Part shown: in pieces, positions 35,627 to 47,167 of the stretch
Numbering within the stretch: the stretch's first letter is position 1
Layout: every line of letters begins with the position of its first letter
From: Thecamonas trahens ATCC 50062
Taxonomy: Eukaryota; Protista; Apusomonadida
Length of the DNA stretch: 64,000 nt
Assembly (NCBI RefSeq): GCF_000142905.1
Contig: NW_013657629.1
Coordinates: 1 to 64,000 of the forward strand
Reading direction: 5' to 3'
Position numbers and translations under genes: made by a program
Notes under the pieces: generated by a model
What the model saw: the letters and a program-made list of their open reading frames with translations, nothing else
Database searches by the model: none
What the model was told of the DNA's origin: nothing

Positions 35627-37842
35627 GGAACTTTTGGGAGGAGACGCCGCTGCCCGAAGGCCTGGAGTTTGAAGACCAGCCGACGGTAGAGAACACGGCG
35701 TGGGAGAAGCACTGGTACCGGCGGTATTTCGTTCAGGCGGATCATGATGTGTTTGTGGGCAAGCATGACAAGATCGGCGGTGTGGTCATGCTCTCGATTG
35801 TGCGCGATGACATCTCGGGCGTGGGCGCTCAGTTTCGGACCATTGTGTGGCGGTCGTCGGGCGCGACGCTGTACGTCATTCCGGTGACGGAGAAGGAGGC
35901 CAAGCAGCTTGCCGGCGGCAAGGAGTGGAAGCTGAAGGACACGCTGGCGCGGTTGCACGGGTGCGAGCTCTCGTCGCTGTACAAGAAGTTCCGGACGGTG
36001 ACGAATCCCGAGGTCATGAGCGACTTGCTGCGGCTGGAGGCGATGAACCCCGGTCACAACCGGTTCCACCAGATCGGAGTCATGTACGGTGGGCAGGGCC
36101 AGTCGGCCGAGATGGCACTCCTCGCCAACAACTCGGGCTCGGCGGCGTACAACGAGTTTCTGGAGCTCCTCGGGACAGAGGTCGGGCTCGCCGGGTACAC
36201 TGGGTTTGCCGGCGGCCTCGACGTGACGACCGAGGCCAAGACTGGAGCCACCTCGCGGCGGACCTCGTTCCGCGGGCACGAGATCATGTACCTCATTGCG
36301 ACCAACATGCCCGACGCCGACACCCGGGCCCGGGTCCTCGGCTCGGCCATTGTCCGCATTGTCTTTCTCGATGGCGACAACACCTTTACTCTCGAGTCGA
36401 TGGCCAAGGCCTCAACCGTCGTCGTTGCTGTTGTCCAGACCGTGCCAGACGACGACTCGATGTACTCGCTGACGCTGGCGTACGAGTCCGGGACTGCACT
36501 CGTCGGCCCGCCGCTCAAGGCGCGGTACCCCAAGAACGGCGGCTTTATCCAGACGCTCCTTGCCAAGCTCATCAACGTTGAGCGTGCGGTGGTGACCAAC
36601 GAGCACTCGCGACTCTCGGTCCTGCAGCAGGCCGAGCACGCCATGGGTCGTGCGCTTGAGACCGCGTACAAAAAGTACTACAACAAGAAAGCGTCTGACT
36701 ACAACCTTCACGGCTCGCTCGCGCCGTCGGCCGACCTGCCGGCCGACGCACTGGCGGCCATCGGCGGTGGCTTTGAGCCCGACTCGGCGTCGGTGCTCCG
36801 GACCCAGGTCATTCTCGAGGCCTTCCCGCAACCGATCACCTGCCTCGCGCCGTGGGACGACGACTCGCTCTTCTACGGCGCCTCGGAAGGCCTTTTCCTC
36901 CTCGACAAGGTCTCATCGAACAACATCAAGCTCAAGCTCGGCTCGGGCGCGTCGCACATGCTCCAGCTCGACGTGCTCAAAGAAGAGGGTGTGGTGCTGG
37001 CGCTCTCGGGCGCCACGCCGTCAGTCTCGGTCATGGACGTCGATCGCATCGTGACCAAGAAGCCCAAGATCAAGGTCCTGAGCCAGACCTCCAAGGCCCA
37101 CCTGTTCACCACGGGCCTGGTGGGAACGGCCACCCACCTCTGCGTTGCCGTCCACTCGGACGTCATTGTCTTCAAGTGGGACGACTTTGACCGCACCTTT
37201 GTCGAGCTCTCCAAGATCCGCTTCCCGGCCAAGCCGCTCACCATGGTCATGTCCAATGACGGCTCGGGCTCGCTTTGCGTCGCCTTCAAGTCGCAGTTTG
37301 TCCTCGTCAACCTCAAGACAGAGGCCATCACCCAGCTGCACGAGGACTCGTCGTCCTCGCCCATGGCCGCTTTTCTCCTCGACAACGTTTACTTTACCGG
37401 CATCGACGCCCCCTCTATGGGTGCCATGAACGCCATGATCGGCTCGGCATGCAACCGCTGGCTCCTTTGCTACCAAAAGTGTGCAGTCCTCATGCGCGTC
37501 CTCGTCGCTCCCGACGGTGAGACCTCGGTCACCCACGAGTACTCGGCCCACTGGCAGGTCCCGCCGCAGGCCATCACCCTCCTCCCGCCCTACGTCCTCT
37601 CCGTCTCGTCTTCCGTCCTCGAGGTCCGAAACGTCGTCAACGGCACTCTCCTGCAGACGTTCCCCATCCACATCCTGCCCGACACCACCTTCTCATCCGT
37701 CCTCAAGTACGCAGGCCGCGCCCTCTACGTCCCATCCTGCGTCTCGGACGACCACTGGCGCATCAACAGGCTCACCCCCACACCCATCGATCACAACGTG
37801 CTTCCCTCGGCAGACGCTGCAGCATCGGCCTCGTCCTCGTGA
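35627..37842 (+). CDS. Rap-GAP domain plus C-terminal CNH (citron homology) domain protein, GARNL3-like architecture; 5' exon(s) unresolved
   Basis: Rap-GAP motifs IGVMYGGQGQ, NNSGSAAYNEFLELLG, FAGGLDV, EIMYL, LLAKLINVERA. The downstream beta-propeller-like region ends in VLEVRNVVNGTLLQT. Candidate acceptor at 35625-35626. Confidence 0.8.
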
Positions 37843-38057
37843 ATCATGCTCCGCCACCCTCCACCACCGTCACTGGCCTCGTCACTCCCACGACTACTTC
37901 CCTTTCCCTGTACAGTATCTGTTGCATCTGAGGGTGGACGAGGGAGGCGAGGGAGGGACGGACGGGCGACGAGGGGCGGATAGCAGACAGCGCGGCGACT
38001 CGCCACTTGACTTGCTCGCACGGGCTAAACACAAAGCGCACAAAACTGCCTTTCAGC

Positions 38058-40121
38058 ATGGCACAAGCAGGATACACGGCGCGTGTGCTTGCGTTAGAAT
38101 TCTCTGCGTCGTCAGCATGTGAGGCCGGGTGTGGGCCTTCGGGAGCCGCCTCGTCCGGCCACCAATTCACGACCTTTTCTGTCGCTGCCAGCGAGTATGC
38201 GGCCGCGAGCGAGGTGGCCATAGCCACAGCCATGGACATTGCCGCAGCTCACCCAACAACAACAACAACAACAACAACAACACAGAGCCCACGAATTGCA
38301 GAAGCTCTTGCTGCAGCCCATGCTGATGCCCATTACTACAACCTCTGTGCTGAAGACGCCCTCGACATGGCACTTGGCGCCAACCCGTCCGCGACGACTG
38401 CTGCTCCTGCTGCTCCTGTTCCTGTTCCTGCTGCTGCTGCGCAACTGATGCACGGTGAGCTGGATGACGTTGTTCTTGGCTCGCAATTGGCTCTTCATCT
38501 CCGGGCTGCCGCCGATGCCGTTGTCGATCATCTGGCGCCTCCGCCGCCGTCATCGACTGTTGCGTCAGCCTGTGGTGGTGGCGACGGCGCCATCGTGCCG
38601 GCATCGACGGCCTTGTGGGGTCGGAAGGAGCCCGCTCGGCGGGAAGAGCCCGCTCGTCGGGAAGAGCCCGCTCGTCGGGAGGAGCCTGCTCGGCAGACAC
38701 GGGCTCGGCCGAGTGCGCGGGCGTCCGAGTCGGCGTCGGCGTTTGCGTCGTACAACCCGGCAGTTCAGCTGCATGGCATCGTGACTGGGGCAAACAAGAG
38801 CCATCGGAAACGTAGGGCGGAGGACGATAGCGAAGGTGGTGGTGCTCGGGGTGGCGGAAGTGGCTCCGGGCATGGAGACGGCCGTAGGCGGCGGCGGAAG
38901 CGGCGGCGGGGCATGGCCGGCGGAGCAGGCGACGACGAGAGCGGCGACGACGGCGGCGACGAGCAGGCCAACCCGTTCCTCTCGGCGTACGACAAGCTTC
39001 GGATCGACGACAAGAAAAAGGGCATCAAGCGGTCGGGCCTGTCAAAGCGCGGAGGGACGAGCGGCGCGGGTGGGGCGAGCGGCGGCTCGGGCCGCGGCTC
39101 GTCGCGCAGCGGGTCGGGAGGCGGCGGTCGCGGCGGCAGCAGAGGCGGCGGAGGTGGCGGCGGCGGCAGCAACGAGGATGTAGACGAACGGCTGAAGAAC
39201 ATCGATCCGGCGTTTGTGGAGATGATCGAGAACGAAATTCTGGACACGCGGATGAACGTGACGTGGGACGATATTGCCGGGCTTGCGGCGGCGAAAAAGG
39301 CGGTGATGGAGATTGTGGTACTGCCGCTGCTGCGGCCGGACCTCTTTACCGGCCTCCGGTCTGTGCCCAAGGGCATCCTGCTGTTTGGTCCGCCGGGAAC
39401 GGGCAAGACGATGATTGGCAAGGCGATTTCTGCCCAGTCTGGGGCGACGTTCTTCTCGATCTCGGCCTCAGCACTGACGTCCAAGTGGGTCGGGCAGGGC
39501 GAGAAAATGGTGCGTGCGCTCTTTGCTGTGGCGCGTGTCCACCAGCCTGCGGTCATCTTCATCGACGAGATCGACTCGCTCCTCTGCCAGCGGTCGGAGA
39601 AGGACATGGAGTCGTCGCGGCGGATCAAGACCGAGTTCCTCATTCAGCTCGACGGGTGCGGCTCGGCGTCGCAAGAGCAGCTTCTCGTTGTCGGCGCCAC
39701 CAACCGGCCGCAGGAGCTCGACGAGGCCGCCCGGCGGCGGATGGTCAAGCGGCTATACATTCCGCTGCCCGATGCCGATGGCCGGCGGGCGCTGGTTCAG
39801 CGGCTGCTGGCCGAGCAGCCGCACTCGCTCGACGACGCCGACATCGAGACACTCGTCGCCGCCACTGCCGGCTTCTCGGGCGCCGACGTCAAGGCCCTCT
39901 GCACCGAAGCCGCACTCGGCCCGATCCGCGAGCTGACCAACATGACCTCGATTGAGACCATGCAGGCCATCCGCGACATTTCTGCCGACGCCGTCCGCCC
40001 GCTCTCCAAAGCTGACTTTGACGAGGCCATGCTCACTGTCCGGCCCTCGGTCTCACCCTCAGAGATCACCCACTACATCGAGTGGAACAAGCTTTACGGA
40101 TCAACCCGTGCCGTTGCGTAG
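38058..40121 (+). CDS. FIGNL1: Fidgetin-like 1 AAA ATPase
   Basis: [97 protein letters not shown], and Vps4_C-like YIEWNKLYG. Confidence 0.92.
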   Translation: MAQAGYTARVLALEFSASSACEAGCGPSGAASSGHQFTTFSVAASEYAAASEVAIATAMDIAAAHPTTTTTTTTTQSPRIAEALAAAHADAHYYNLCAEDALDMALGANPSATTAAPAAPVPVPAAAAQLMHGELDDVVLGSQLALHLRAAADAVVDHLAPPPPSSTVASACGGGDGAIVPASTALWGRKEPARREEPARREEPARREEPARQTRARPSARASESASAFASYNPAVQLHGIVTGANKSHRKRRAEDDSEGGGARGGGSGSGHGDGRRRRRKRRRGMAGGAGDDESGDDGGDEQANPFLSAYDKLRIDDKKKGIKRSGLSKRGGTSGAGGASGGSGRGSSRSGSGGGGRGGSRGGGGGGGGSNEDVDERLKNIDPAFVEMIENEILDTRMNVTWDDIAGLAAAKKAVMEIVVLPLLRPDLFTGLRSVPKGILLFGPPGTGKTMIGKAISAQSGATFFSISASALTSKWVGQGEKMVRALFAVARVHQPAVIFIDEIDSLLCQRSEKDMESSRRIKTEFLIQLDGCGSASQEQLLVVGATNRPQELDEAARRRMVKRLYIPLPDADGRRALVQRLLAEQPHSLDDADIETLVAATAGFSGADVKALCTEAALGPIRELTNMTSIETMQAIRDISADAVRPLSKADFDEAMLTVRPSVSPSEITHYIEWNKLYGSTRAVA

Positions 40122-40643
40122 CGTGCCATGTACAGATGCTGGGAAATTGTGCTGCCGCTGGAACGGCTCGTGTGTCTGAGGCAAAACGGCAGTTTGTCAG
40201 TCGGTCGGTCGGCCGAGTCGACGACAAAGCGCACCACCGCACTCGTCTGTCGCCAAAGCACCACGCTGAGTGGGCGCTGTTGACGAAGACACCAGCGTCG
40301 AGAGAGACCACAAGCGTATTGTGTGGTAGCTTTATATACACTACACCTGTGACAAGAGAAGAGGGAGAGGGGAAGAAGTCCTTACCCATACCCCCCCCCC
40401 CCCCATACCCACCACCACCACCTCGACTGCCACCAGCACCACCTCGGCTGCCACCACCACTACCACCACCGCTACCACCACCTCGACTGCCACCACCACC
40501 ACCACCACCACCACCTCGGCTGTCATCACCACCTCAACTACCACCACTGCCACTGGTACCAGGTCACGCTCTGGTTGGAAGAAGAGGACAAGGCCAGGAG
40601 AGACAGAGAGTGAGCATATATAACCCATCATCACCATCATATT

Positions 40644-40876
40644 ATGAGTGAGCCACGGAAGAAGTTGGAGGCTACCTCCAAGCGACTGGAGACTTGTTTG
40701 GGATCTGCCTTTAAGGGCTACCAGGAGTGTCTCCGCAAGTACTTTGCCTATCAGTTGTCAAAGGTCGAGCTCGATGCCTTTGTCCGCACCGTTCTGGGCA
40801 AGGAGCACAGTACGTTGTGGGTGTGAGGGGGTGTGAGGGGGGGGGGGGGGGGGGGGAGGGGAGGGGAGGGGGGGGG

Positions 40877-40908
<32 letters not shown>

Positions 40909-42028
40909 CACCATCATGGTCATCACCCCCATGATCATCATCATCATCATCAGGGTCATCATCATGGCTGTCACGATCATCGTCATTGTCATCGTGGTCG
41001 CGGCCGTGGTCGCAGTCGTGGCCGTGGTCGCAGTCGTGGCCGTGATCGCAGTCGTGGCCGTGATCGCAGTCGTGGCTGTGATCGCAGTCGTGGCCGTGAT
41101 CGCAGTCGTGGCCGTGGTCGCAGTTGTGGCCGTCATTATGGTCGCGGCCGCGGCCGTGGTCGTCATGGTGAACCTTGAGGTTGTTGCAAGGAAAGCTGGT
41201 CGTTGTGGGGGATGATGGGTCGGAGGGATAGTGAGATTTTTGTGCATGCAGGGACCAAGCAATCATGTACTCACTCAGCAAGCCATCAATGCAGTCGAGC
41301 TGCACAACACGTTCATGGCCGACATTCTCGCCAACGCACGTCACGCTGAGCCGCCGGCCAACATGGGCAACGCGCTCGAGGAGCGCAAGCGGAAGCGATC
41401 GATGGGCGCAGGAAGCGGGAGGTTCTCAAAGTCGGTCAAGCGCGACACCCACGCGTCTCCGGCGTCGAGCGGGACCAACATGGCCACGCCGTACATGATG
41501 TCGCTGGTGGAGGCGTCCAACGCCAAGGGCGGGCCGGGCGGGCGGGGCCGGAAGCGGAGCGTGTACGCAGGGCGGGCCGGATACGGCCGGCGCTTCCGCG
41601 CCACAGCGCCGTCGCTCTCGTCAGGCATCCACCTCTGTTCGCAGACCAAGTCGCTGCCGTCGGCAGCGGCGCTGGCCGAGCGTATGAAGAAGATGGCCGT
41701 CGAGGCCGAACTGAATGGCGTCGATCCCGACGCGGCCGCCCTCCTCGGCACCGCGCTCCGCGTCCATCTCAAGAACCTACTCTCCACATGCGTCGACATT
41801 GTCGCCACCGTCCGCACCGCCAAGGCTGCCTCTGCCCCGCCGCCGTCTTCGCCGCCCGCAAACGGCCACAAGGCCGCAGCGGTGGCCGACAGCCCACGCA
41901 CCACCATCGGCGTCGCCGACCTCGCCCTCGCCGTCCAAGTCGCCCCGCTCATCCTCGGCGACGATCTCCCCATAGCTCGCGAGCGACTTGTTCTCCTCGA
42001 GCGCAAGCTGTCCACCCATCACCAGTAA
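40644..42028 (+). CDS. TADA1: SAGA complex subunit Ada1/TADA1-like
   Basis: Exon 1 40644-40809 and phase-1 intron 40810-41294 (GTACGT...CAG) give LSKVELDAFVRTVLGKEHIELHNTFMADILANA. The C-terminus has a histone-fold-like segment LPSAAALAERMKKMAVEAELNGV...ALRVHLKNLL. Confidence 0.8.
41004..41130 (+). repeat. Intronic 18-bp minisatellite (GTGGCCGTGATCGCAGTC)n, preceded by (CAT)n
   Basis: About 7 tandem units read directly within the TADA1 intron. Confidence 0.85.
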
Positions 42029-42081
42029 CAGCACATCAACAGGAGCGCCACATACAGCCAGGTGGGTGGGGCGTGCGTCGG

Positions 42082-42188
42082 CGAATTAATCAATGACTTT
42101 GTTGTTGCGGTATTCGTTGAGCAAAAGCGAAGGGGCGGACAGCCGACGAATTAATCAATGACTTTGTTGTTGCGATATTCGTTCAGCA
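42082..42188 (+). repeat. 42-bp direct repeat upstream of the ATP synthase epsilon gene
   Basis: CGAATTAATCAATGACTTTGTTGTTGCGRTATTCGTTSAGCA at 42082-42123 and 42147-42188, with 2 mismatches. Confidence 0.9.
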
Positions 42189-42230
42189 GGCAACGGGCAG
42201 GCGGCACATCTGACTACAATCACCTCAATC

Positions 42231-43349
42231 ATGTCGTCGTGGCGCTTCCTCAACATGTCGTACGCGGCGTACGCCCAGGTGGCGACCAACCTTGTCCGCA
42301 ACGTGGTCAAGAAGGAGGTTGCCTCCAAGTACGCTCCATCCCAGCTGGAGATGCTTCACAAGACCCGTGACGGTGCTCGCAGTACGTAACCCACACATAC
42401 ATCCACCATGCCCATACCCGCCTTCACCATGTCGTGAGTGCGGCCAATGGCAAATGACCCAAAAAATACATCGCTTGCCCGTCCCGCCCACCGACGACGA
42501 CCTCCCCCCTTTCCACCTCTACCACGTGCATGCTACTACACACACTCCTACAACTCGGTGTATATGTACAGAACTCTGTTTTCACTCTCCATGCCGAGTT
42601 GGAGTTGGCTTCATGGCTTATTTCGCTTGTCCGAGGCTTAGTCCCTCCCCCCCCCCCCCCGGGGATGGCCACCCACCCGACCCACAGCCACCACCTCCCC
42701 ACCCGCACACGCACACCATCCATACCCAAGAACCACATCACAACCAACCTGCACCACCAAACCACCACACACACCCCACCATACAAGCATCTCCATATGT
42801 CACTCTCCCGTACCATCCGCTCCCTATCATCCTCCACACACACACGCACACCATCGCGCTGCCCATACCCCACCACCGCGGCGCGTCACCCTAGCGCGTG
42901 GTCGTCATCGTCGTCAATATGGTCGTGGTCGTCGTGATGGTCGTGGTCGTCGTGATGGTCGTGGTCTTCAATATGGTCGTGGGTGTGGAGGGGCGTATGG
43001 GCATGTAGCCGGCCTCGGTATCATGCTCGGTCGGTCGCTGACCGAGTAGTGCTGCAGCTCGGTCGTGGTCGAGGTGGGGAAGGTGACGACATCCGCCCGT
43101 GACAGCCGCCGCAGTGACTGGTGGCTACCACGGGCCGATGTCGCCATCGTTGGTTGATCAATCTTTTTCCTCGGCCACAACCACAAGCACGATCACATTC
43201 ACGTCCATCACCTCCGTCCCAACATCACCACATCACACCCCGTATCCTCTTGCCTCCCTCACTCACTCACTCACTCACCTCCTTCCTCCCCCCCTCCCCT
43301 CTACGCAGAGTACATCGACGCCAACTCGTTCAACCTTGCCAAGAAGTGA
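42231..43349 (+). CDS. ATP5F1E: Mitochondrial F1 ATP synthase epsilon subunit (63 aa, two exons)
   Basis: Exon 1 42231-42381 encodes MSSWRFLNMSYAAYAQVATNLVRNVVKKEVASKY..., matching the family pattern WRxxxxSYxxYxxxAxxxxRxxLK. Intron 42382-43308 (GTACGT...CAG). Exon 2 completes KYIDANSFNLAKK*. Confidence 0.85.
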
Positions 43350-43430
43350 GCAGTTGGCCGCGAGGACCAAGCATAACACACATGACAGCAGTGAGATACT
43401 AGCCACAGTGACGTTTTAACTCGACGTTGA

Positions 43431-45119
43431 TCACCCCTCATCCTCCTCGCCAATGTAGCCGACGCCGAGCTTGGCAGAGCCCTCCATAGGTAGAGGTAGA
43501 AAGGTGTTGAGGGCCTGGGTGACAAGCTCAATGGGCGGGAAGACGTTGCGGATGCATGTGACGTCGACGATCTTGTCGGCGGCGTGCTCGGCGAGGCAGT
43601 GGGAGATGTTGTACACCTCGTTGGGTCGCCAAGTCTCGTCCTGCTCGTAGTGGAACTTGGTGAACCACGGGTCGTCGGCCGCGCCGTTGAGCGAGACCTT
43701 GCTCTCGTCAATGGAGAACGGGCCCCACTTCCAGAGCAAGATGAGCGATGAGTCGCGCCGGAGGAAGAGCGTGTTGGACATGGCAGCGCCGGTGACCATG
43801 ATGACCACCCGCGAGGTGAAGAACGGAAGCATCTGGCCTTGCAGATTGTTGTTCCCGATCTCCACAACGTTAAAGTTGTGGTGGTGGTGGAGGGCGACGG
43901 CGCGGACGGCATCGATAAACTCGTTGAACGGCGCAATGCGCTTGTTCCGCACGCCCTGCCGCGAGAGGACCGTCACCGTCGGCGCCATAGGCAGGATCTC
44001 GTCGGCGCGTGCGCCAAACGACCGCGTCAGCACCAGCCGCCGCAGCGCCCGGAGTGTGTGCGCCGTGTCGGTCAGCATCTGCTCCTCGGTTTGGTGCATG
44101 AAGAGCTTCGGCCGCGCATAATACGAGTACGGGTTCGACTGCGCGAGAACAGCATGCCGCAAGCAGACCGTTGCCATCCGTGATGCGTCCAGCGGGTTTT
44201 CCGAGAGCGCAATGCCCCACGGCCCGAGCCCGTCCCACACCAGCTGCGTCATGCCCGACTTGAACTGGCCCCAGTAGAGCCACGAGAGGTGGGCCGACGG
44301 ATCGCGGCTGTGCCTGAGGATCATAGCCGGCCGAATGTGCAGGATGGCCTCCATGGCACGGTGGTGGTCGGCTGCCGTGGGAAGGACCACGTCGCCGTCG
44401 TATTGGACCGCCTTGAGCAGCTCGGCCTGCTTGTCGGCACCCCACTCGCCGGTGGCAAACCGGTCGTCGAGGAGTCCCCACATGAGAAGCCGCGAAAAGG
44501 TGAGGTACATCGGGTACGTCACAGAGTCGTAGTAGTCCCACGCGTTGCCAGCCGGAATAATCGACATGTCCACCGCTGTTCCAGCCGTGTGCTCGCGCCC
44601 GCCGAGCTCCTCGGCCGCGGCGAGGCAAGCCTCGTGCGACGGTGCCTGGTACATCTTGCTGTCAAAGACAAGGACTGAGTGACGAACAGGTACATCCTGT
44701 GGGCGGGCCTTCTTGGCCTCGATCTCGAGCTCCTCCCAACTGCTTACTCTTGCCCGCACTGCCTCGCGCTTGGCTTCGATCTCCTCCAGGATGGCCTTGT
44801 CCTCGCTCGCCACTGCAGCCTCGTAGGCAGCCACATCATCCAGCACAACCTTGTCAAGCGGGCGAGTAAAGTCGTAGTTGTTTGCCGCCGGAGCAACACC
44901 AAACATCTCCACCGGCTCACCACCTTGCGTCTCGAGGACATCCAAGCCGAGGACATCCCCCACCACAGGCATGGACAGAGGCCTCCAATCACTTTCCATG
45001 GGAACCGGCGACAGCAGTTCCACCAAAGGCGAGGAAGGAGGCGGAGGCGGAGACAATGCCGGTGATGGTGACGATGCCGGCGACGGTGACGGTGATGAAG
45101 ATGGAGTTGAAGGCGGTGG

Positions 45120-45151
<32 letters not shown>

Positions 45152-45416
45152 AAGGAGGAGAAGGAGGGCATGGCGGACATGATGATTGTTGTGGACAACC
45201 ATCATCCTGGCCATCAGAACCACCAGAACCAGTACCATTACGACCAACGTGATTATGAGAACCATGAGAACCATGAGAATCAGATCCTATTTGATATGCA
45301 AAGTCATGGACGACACCATGGTGAGCGTCTCCGCTCATACAGTTGACCATGACATACACAATGCCACAGGCAAAGACAGAGACCGCCACAAGCACACTTC
45401 GTTGGCTCCGTCGCAT
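43431..45416 (-). CDS. Type II membrane glycosyltransferase, GT61/DUF563-like
   Basis: Short basic N-terminus, one TM helix, Ser/Pro stem, and C-terminal VTVLSR..KRI...QMLPFFTSRVVIMVTGAAMSNTLFL..SSLILL resembling the GT61 core. Confidence 0.75.
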
Positions 45417-45583
45417 GGCGACTTCCTTTCCGACTCGAGTGAGGCGGCGGTGCGGGGAGGGAGGGGGGGAGGGGGAGAGGGGGGGGGGGGGGGGGGGGAG
45501 GGGGTGCTTGTCGCTCTCGCTCGCCTCTCTGTTGCGCGCTGCGTGGGTCAAGTGGTGTGTGTTGGAATTAATCAAATTGCGTT

Positions 45584-46955
45584 CAGTGAACGGAACGGCT
45601 TACTGTGACTAACTAACTGATTCTAATGACTGACTAAATGACTAACAGCTAATGCGTATCGTCACTACAGTTTCTTCGTCAGCTCAAAGTCGAAAAGCAT
45701 CCATGCACGCAGGAGCATCATCTTCTCGGCGCGCAGAGCCGAGAGGCGGTTCCGCTTCCTCGTCATCATGTCTGTCGCCACCGAGTTGAGCCGTTCGACG
45801 CTGGCAGCGGAGGCCGATGGAAGAAGGATCCCCTGGCCCCACAAGCCGGAACCTCGCACACAGCACCTGGATCCGCCGTACGTCAGCCTTGCGGTTCCAG
45901 TTCTTGCGAGACTCGAGACCGACGCACACGTCCTCAAACTTAGCCAACACGTCGCCTACGGACAAACTTGAAGAGGTAGAGATTNNNNNNNNNNNNNNNN
46001 NNNNNNNNNNNNNNNNNNNNNNNNNNNNNNNNNNNNNNNNNNNNNNNNNNNNNNNNNNNNNNNNNNNNNNNNNNNNNNNNNNNNNNNNNNNNNNNNNNNN
46101 NNNNNNNNNNNNNNNNNNNNNNNNNNNNNNNNNNNNNNNNNNNNNNNNNNNNNNNNNNNNNNNNNNNNNNNNNNNNNNNNNNNNNNNNNNNNNNNNNNNN
46201 NNNNNNNNNNNNNNNNNNNNNNNNNNNNNNNNNNNNNNNNNNNNNNNNNNNNNNNNNNNNNNNNNNNNNNNNNNNNNNNNNNNNNNNNNNNNNNNNNNNN
46301 NNNNNNNNNNNNNNAGCGTGTTGCTCGCTCCGCTCGATGACGCCGCAGTATGCGACGGGAGCGTGGATAGAACGTCCAGGAGCTTGGGCTCAAGGACGTC
46401 TGCCAAGCGACGCCACATGTCATGGTGAACCTCAGCAGCGGTCGCCAGATGGCGCACACCAAGCGAGTTGTTGGCGTCGGCGACAACTCCCTGGACATAC
46501 ATAAGGTCGTCCTTGGTGACAGTCGTGTCAATAAGGAGAGCAAAGAGGCACGCATCCTCTTTGTACATGTACGCAACCTGTTTGTACGCTGCCTGGGTGG
46601 CGATGTCGCACAGCTGTTGGATCCAAGGGATATCCTCGTTGTTGATCTTGAGCTCTGCCAGACATCGTCCACAATCCCCACCATCGCAACGAGCGAAAGG
46701 GAGGACGACATATCGGACGTCTGAGACATGACGCACGAGTTGTTGATCGTGAGGAGGAGTACCTCCACAGCGTCATGTACCTCGTCCCACTCGCTCGCGG
46801 TCAACTTGCCACAAGGCCGAAGAACGGGGGCATGCTGCGTGTGAGAGGGCTGCCTCCGTCCTCATCACCATCTTAGTCATTGACGTTTGACTGACTAACT
46901 AATGACTAAATCTTTTGACTACGAATGACTATGACTATCGTCGTTCCGTACACTG
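45584..46955 (-). mobile_element. Non-autonomous (internally deleted) hAT DNA transposon
   Basis: TIRs: CAGTGAACGGAACG at 45584 and CAGTGTACGGAACG (reverse complement, ending 46955). TGACTA subterminal repeats at both ends. Frameshifted transposase remnants LTASEWDEVHDAVEVLL and hAT C-terminal ASAASVERLNSVATDMMTRKRNRL. Confidence 0.85.
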
Positions 46956-47167
46956 TAATCAATGGTATTCGATAAAATGTGGAGAGATGGGAGGGAGAGG
47001 GAGAGGGTTTGGGGGAGGGGGGGGATGGTCATGGATCACGCCAGATTGGAGCAAGGGGAACACATATATGTGCATTGGGTATGAGGGTGGGTACGGTGCT
47101 TGATGAGGGGAAGGTCGGATTGGGGTTGTTAGGTTCCAGGAAGTGTACAGGTGGTGGGAATGAACGG

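Noticed and set aside
40711-41344. Poly-Ile/Val, poly-Thr/Ala and DHGHDC-repeat ORFs
   Set aside because: Translations of micro- and minisatellites inside the TADA1 intron.
42082-42188. Repeat-spacer-repeat resembling a mini CRISPR
   Set aside because: Only two copies, eukaryotic context, no cas genes. It is a simple local duplication.
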